A stretch of DNA of 64,000 nt from a virus. This document shows positions 61,878-64,000 of the stretch, one piece after another (positions within the stretch are counted from its first letter, which is position 1; every line of letters starts with the position of its first letter). The DNA is taken from positions 1 to 64,000 of IMG/VR virus record IMGVR_UViG_3300045988_125079, one strand, 5' to 3'. The notes beneath the pieces were generated by a model. It saw only the letters and a list, made by a program, of their open reading frames with translations, searched no databases and was not told the origin of the DNA. Both the position numbers and the translations under genes were made by a program.

Positions 61878-62840
61878 TTAATCCTGAAATGCATCAATGT
61901 CGTTATAATACGGCCAGCAACTCGAATTACCGACTGCTTCCAATTCTTCAGGATGCTCTTCGTAATACTTGGCGAGATTGCTTTTTGCCGGCACTTTCGG
62001 AGCGGCGCTGCCAGTTACCGTCTTCTTCGACTCTTCTTTTTTTGTCCCGACCAACGGGGTTTTCGGGTACGTAACGGTGGAGCCGTATACCTTACTTGCA
62101 CCCGCGCCTCCTGCAGAATATCCTCCATTGCTTCCAATTGCGTTTGCGCTGTAATTGGTATTTCCGGTCCAATTCCCTGTCGCGCCATATACAGGTGTTG
62201 TGGCAATTTTGTTCTTAACAATCTGGTCTGCGTTTTCGAGAAATCGAGAAGAATCAAAATCACCAACGGTGACATTCACATCCTCTCCTTCATAGATAAC
62301 GTTTGCCTTCAGATCAATAACCCGAACATTATACTCACGCCGCTTGTTCCAAATCATAAAGATTTCATAGCTATCCATCGGCATAGTATCAACGAAACGC
62401 CACTGGTCTTCCATATCTGTAGCACTCGGGGTGACTCCCATATTGACATGAGAATGACCTTGAAAATGCAGACTGTTAAAATCCTCATCGGGCAGCTTCG
62501 CGTACCACATAGAATACTCTCCCCAATCGGTATTCACGGTCGCTCCCGTGACAGTCTGGGGATAAAGCAGAATCTTAGTAATCTGAAAGTGAGTATCATC
62601 GATTCGATTCACCGTGCCACACCACGCGACTTCGGACGAGAAGTGGTTAATCAGAGCGAACATCTGATGATATGCTTCGTAGGTGAAATTCACTGTGATT
62701 GCATTCTTCTGCTTTACTGCAGGAAATTCTGCGCTATATGTAAACTTATCACTGCGGATATAATTCATAGCCATCAGCTGTTCATAAAGCTTCTGTGCTG
62801 CGTTCTTTGCGTACTCCTGTGAAATCTTAATCGGCTTCAT
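61878..62840 (-). CDS. JAB/MPN (JAMM) metallopeptidase with G/S/T/Y-rich C-terminal extension
   Basis: Upstream Glu (SSEVAWCG) and GHSHVNMGVTPSATD, which is HxHx7Sx2D. Confidence 0.8.
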   Translation of the reverse strand: MKPIKISQEYAKNAAQKLYEQLMAMNYIRSDKFTYSAEFPAVKQKNAITVNFTYEAYHQMFALINHFSSEVAWCGTVNRIDDTHFQITKILLYPQTVTGATVNTDWGEYSMWYAKLPDEDFNSLHFQGHSHVNMGVTPSATDMEDQWRFVDTMPMDSYEIFMIWNKRREYNVRVIDLKANVIYEGEDVNVTVGDFDSSRFLENADQIVKNKIATTPVYGATGNWTGNTNYSANAIGSNGGYSAGGAGASKVYGSTVTYPKTPLVGTKKEESKKTVTGSAAPKVPAKSNLAKYYEEHPEELEAVGNSSCWPYYNDIDAFQD

Positions 62841-62854
62841 TTATATCTCCCCTT

Positions 62855-64000
62855 TCAAGCAGCCGCCGTTTCCTTTTCTTTCTTTAAGATTTCGAACACC
62901 TCTGCGACTGTATAAAGATTACCAGCATCGTCCTCAAGATATTTCTTGGTAGAAATGGTTCGTTCATTGAACAGATCATGCATCAATTCGGAAACCACCG
63001 TAGAATCACCCCAGTTCAGGTAAGAACTGGAGCAGATAATAGTAGTAAGAGTCCCAATGAAATCATGATTCTGAGATAACGATTCAAAGGTCGCTTCATA
63101 GCCACCGTAGCAAGCATGGCGATCAATGTGCGGCTGACGGATACGATTTTCCATCATCTCCGGATGATCTTCCATATCACACTGAGTGACAACACGAACA
63201 CGATCATCAGAATTCACGCGCCATTCACAATATGTGCGGATCTTAAAGCGATGTTCTTTCCAAATAGCGCAGAAGAATTCTTTCGTTTCCTCAAAAGAGT
63301 ACGGGCTCTTCTGATAGATGTAGTTTCGTGCATCCCGTTTGTTCTCGACACTGTGCCGGAAAGCGCCTTCATCACAGTCATTCAAAAAGCCGGTGTAACC
63401 AACATACAGGTTGTCATCGCTCTTTCGGAGAAAGCTCAGAACTTTATTCGCTTTCAGATAATTTACAATAGCTGCCTCGTCTTCGTCTGTACAGCAAGCA
63501 CGATTACGAATTGCTTCAAGACGAATCTGCGCATCGTCCAGCTTGCTCCGATACTGGCGAATCTGATCGAAAGTATCCGTGATCCGACGTTCATAGCTGC
63601 GGATTTCTTCTTCTCCGCGACTAATAATCGAGTCATAATTGGCACTGCAGAATCCCTTCAGGCTTGCAGCCAATTTCTTTCCATAGAAATCGCCAGCGTC
63701 ATAGATCTTCTGCATGGCATCGCAGAACTTGGCATCCTCTTGATTGTATAAAAACTGGATAATGGCCTTTTCTTCTTCTGTAATCGGCACTTTCTTAAAG
63801 CACCAAGGAGTCAGACGGGGAAAACAACTCGCCGCCATATGCATAGCCTGCATAATTTTTTGACGGCCAACAAAGATGATAGTTCCCTTCTTTTTCTCAT
63901 TCTGGTAAACCGTTACATCACCAGCCTTATCAATGTACTGTGAGACATCATCAAGTTTCTTCCAGCCGAGCTTCTTATAATCCTCGTTATATTCTTCGCT
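62855..64000 (-). CDS. hypothetical protein, ORF open to the window edge (5' partial)
   Basis: The frame of 62855..63853 continues without a stop through 64000 (…GDVTVYQNEKKKGTIIFVGRQKIMQAMH…). No family recognised. Confidence 0.5.
   Translation of the reverse strand, partial: SEEYNEDYKKLGWKKLDDVSQYIDKAGDVTVYQNEKKKGTIIFVGRQKIMQAMHMAASCFPRLTPWCFKKVPITEEEKAIIQFLYNQEDAKFCDAMQKIYDAGDFYGKKLAASLKGFCSANYDSIISRGEEEIRSYERRITDTFDQIRQYRSKLDDAQIRLEAIRNRACCTDEDEAAIVNYLKANKVLSFLRKSDDNLYVGYTGFLNDCDEGAFRHSVENKRDARNYIYQKSPYSFEETKEFFCAIWKEHRFKIRTYCEWRVNSDDRVRVVTQCDMEDHPEMMENRIRQPHIDRHACYGGYEATFESLSQNHDFIGTLTTIICSSSYLNWGDSTVVSELMHDLFNERTISTKKYLEDDAGNLYTVAEVFEILKKEKETAAA

Noticed and set aside
1-64000. CRISPR arrays, rRNA genes, IS elements with terminal inverted repeats
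   Set aside because: I looked for regularly spaced direct repeats, rRNA-like conserved blocks and transposase motifs and saw none. The only repeats are the short ones listed above.

Overview
This window is a 64-kb segment of a temperate, low-GC Firmicutes-style phage or prophage. No virion genes fall inside it. Every convincing gene is on the minus strand. Genes are tightly packed, with many TGATG/TAATG stop-start overlaps and AGGAGG-type ribosome-binding sites.

Gene order, read in the direction of transcription (high to low coordinates):
- an ORF open at the window edge, then a JAB/MPN peptidase and a ThiF/E1-like enzyme
- a stand-alone reverse transcriptase flanked by two GC-rich hairpin-dense non-coding blocks, plus a very acidic small protein
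- a catalytic-domain-only tyrosine recombinase sitting inside a dispersed family of 7 full and 1 miniature SH3-like small proteins, all ending in C-x-S-L-L
- a large unknown protein and an AAA+ ATPase
- an NAD island: Prs-like, NAMPT-like, macro domain, NadE, an inserted homing-endonuclease-like gene and PncA
- a run of small accessory genes: HD hydrolase, Cys-phosphatase, Pol-beta nucleotidyltransferase, and a MazF/PemK-like gene behind a perfect sigma70 consensus promoter
- a tRNA island: Thr, Phe, Lys, Ser, Glu, Gln, two aberrant tRNA-like elements and an amber-suppressor tRNA with anticodon CUA, interleaved with two HNH endonucleases and long non-coding stretches
- a tRNA-flanked membrane cassette: ABC permease, PspA/IM30-like protein and a substrate-binding protein fused to an OmpA-like domain
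- the replication module: SSB-like, ATPase, DnaB-like helicase, primase, Cas4-like nuclease, DnaE-type polymerase, ERCC4 nuclease and ATP-dependent DNA ligase
- the nucleotide-metabolism module: ThyX, NrdD/NrdG, dUTPase and FolD, plus a small-alarmone-hydrolase-like HD protein
- excisionase and a Tn916-type integrase at the low-coordinate end

Most notable observations:
- Signs of TAG recoding. These are the CUA suppressor tRNA, near-absence of TAG as a terminator, and an in-frame TAG inside the ERCC4 nuclease gene.
- The RT / non-coding RNA / E1-JAB neighbourhood.
- The C-x-S-L-L paralog family.

All calls rest on reading the sequence and remembered family motifs. No searches or folding computations were run.
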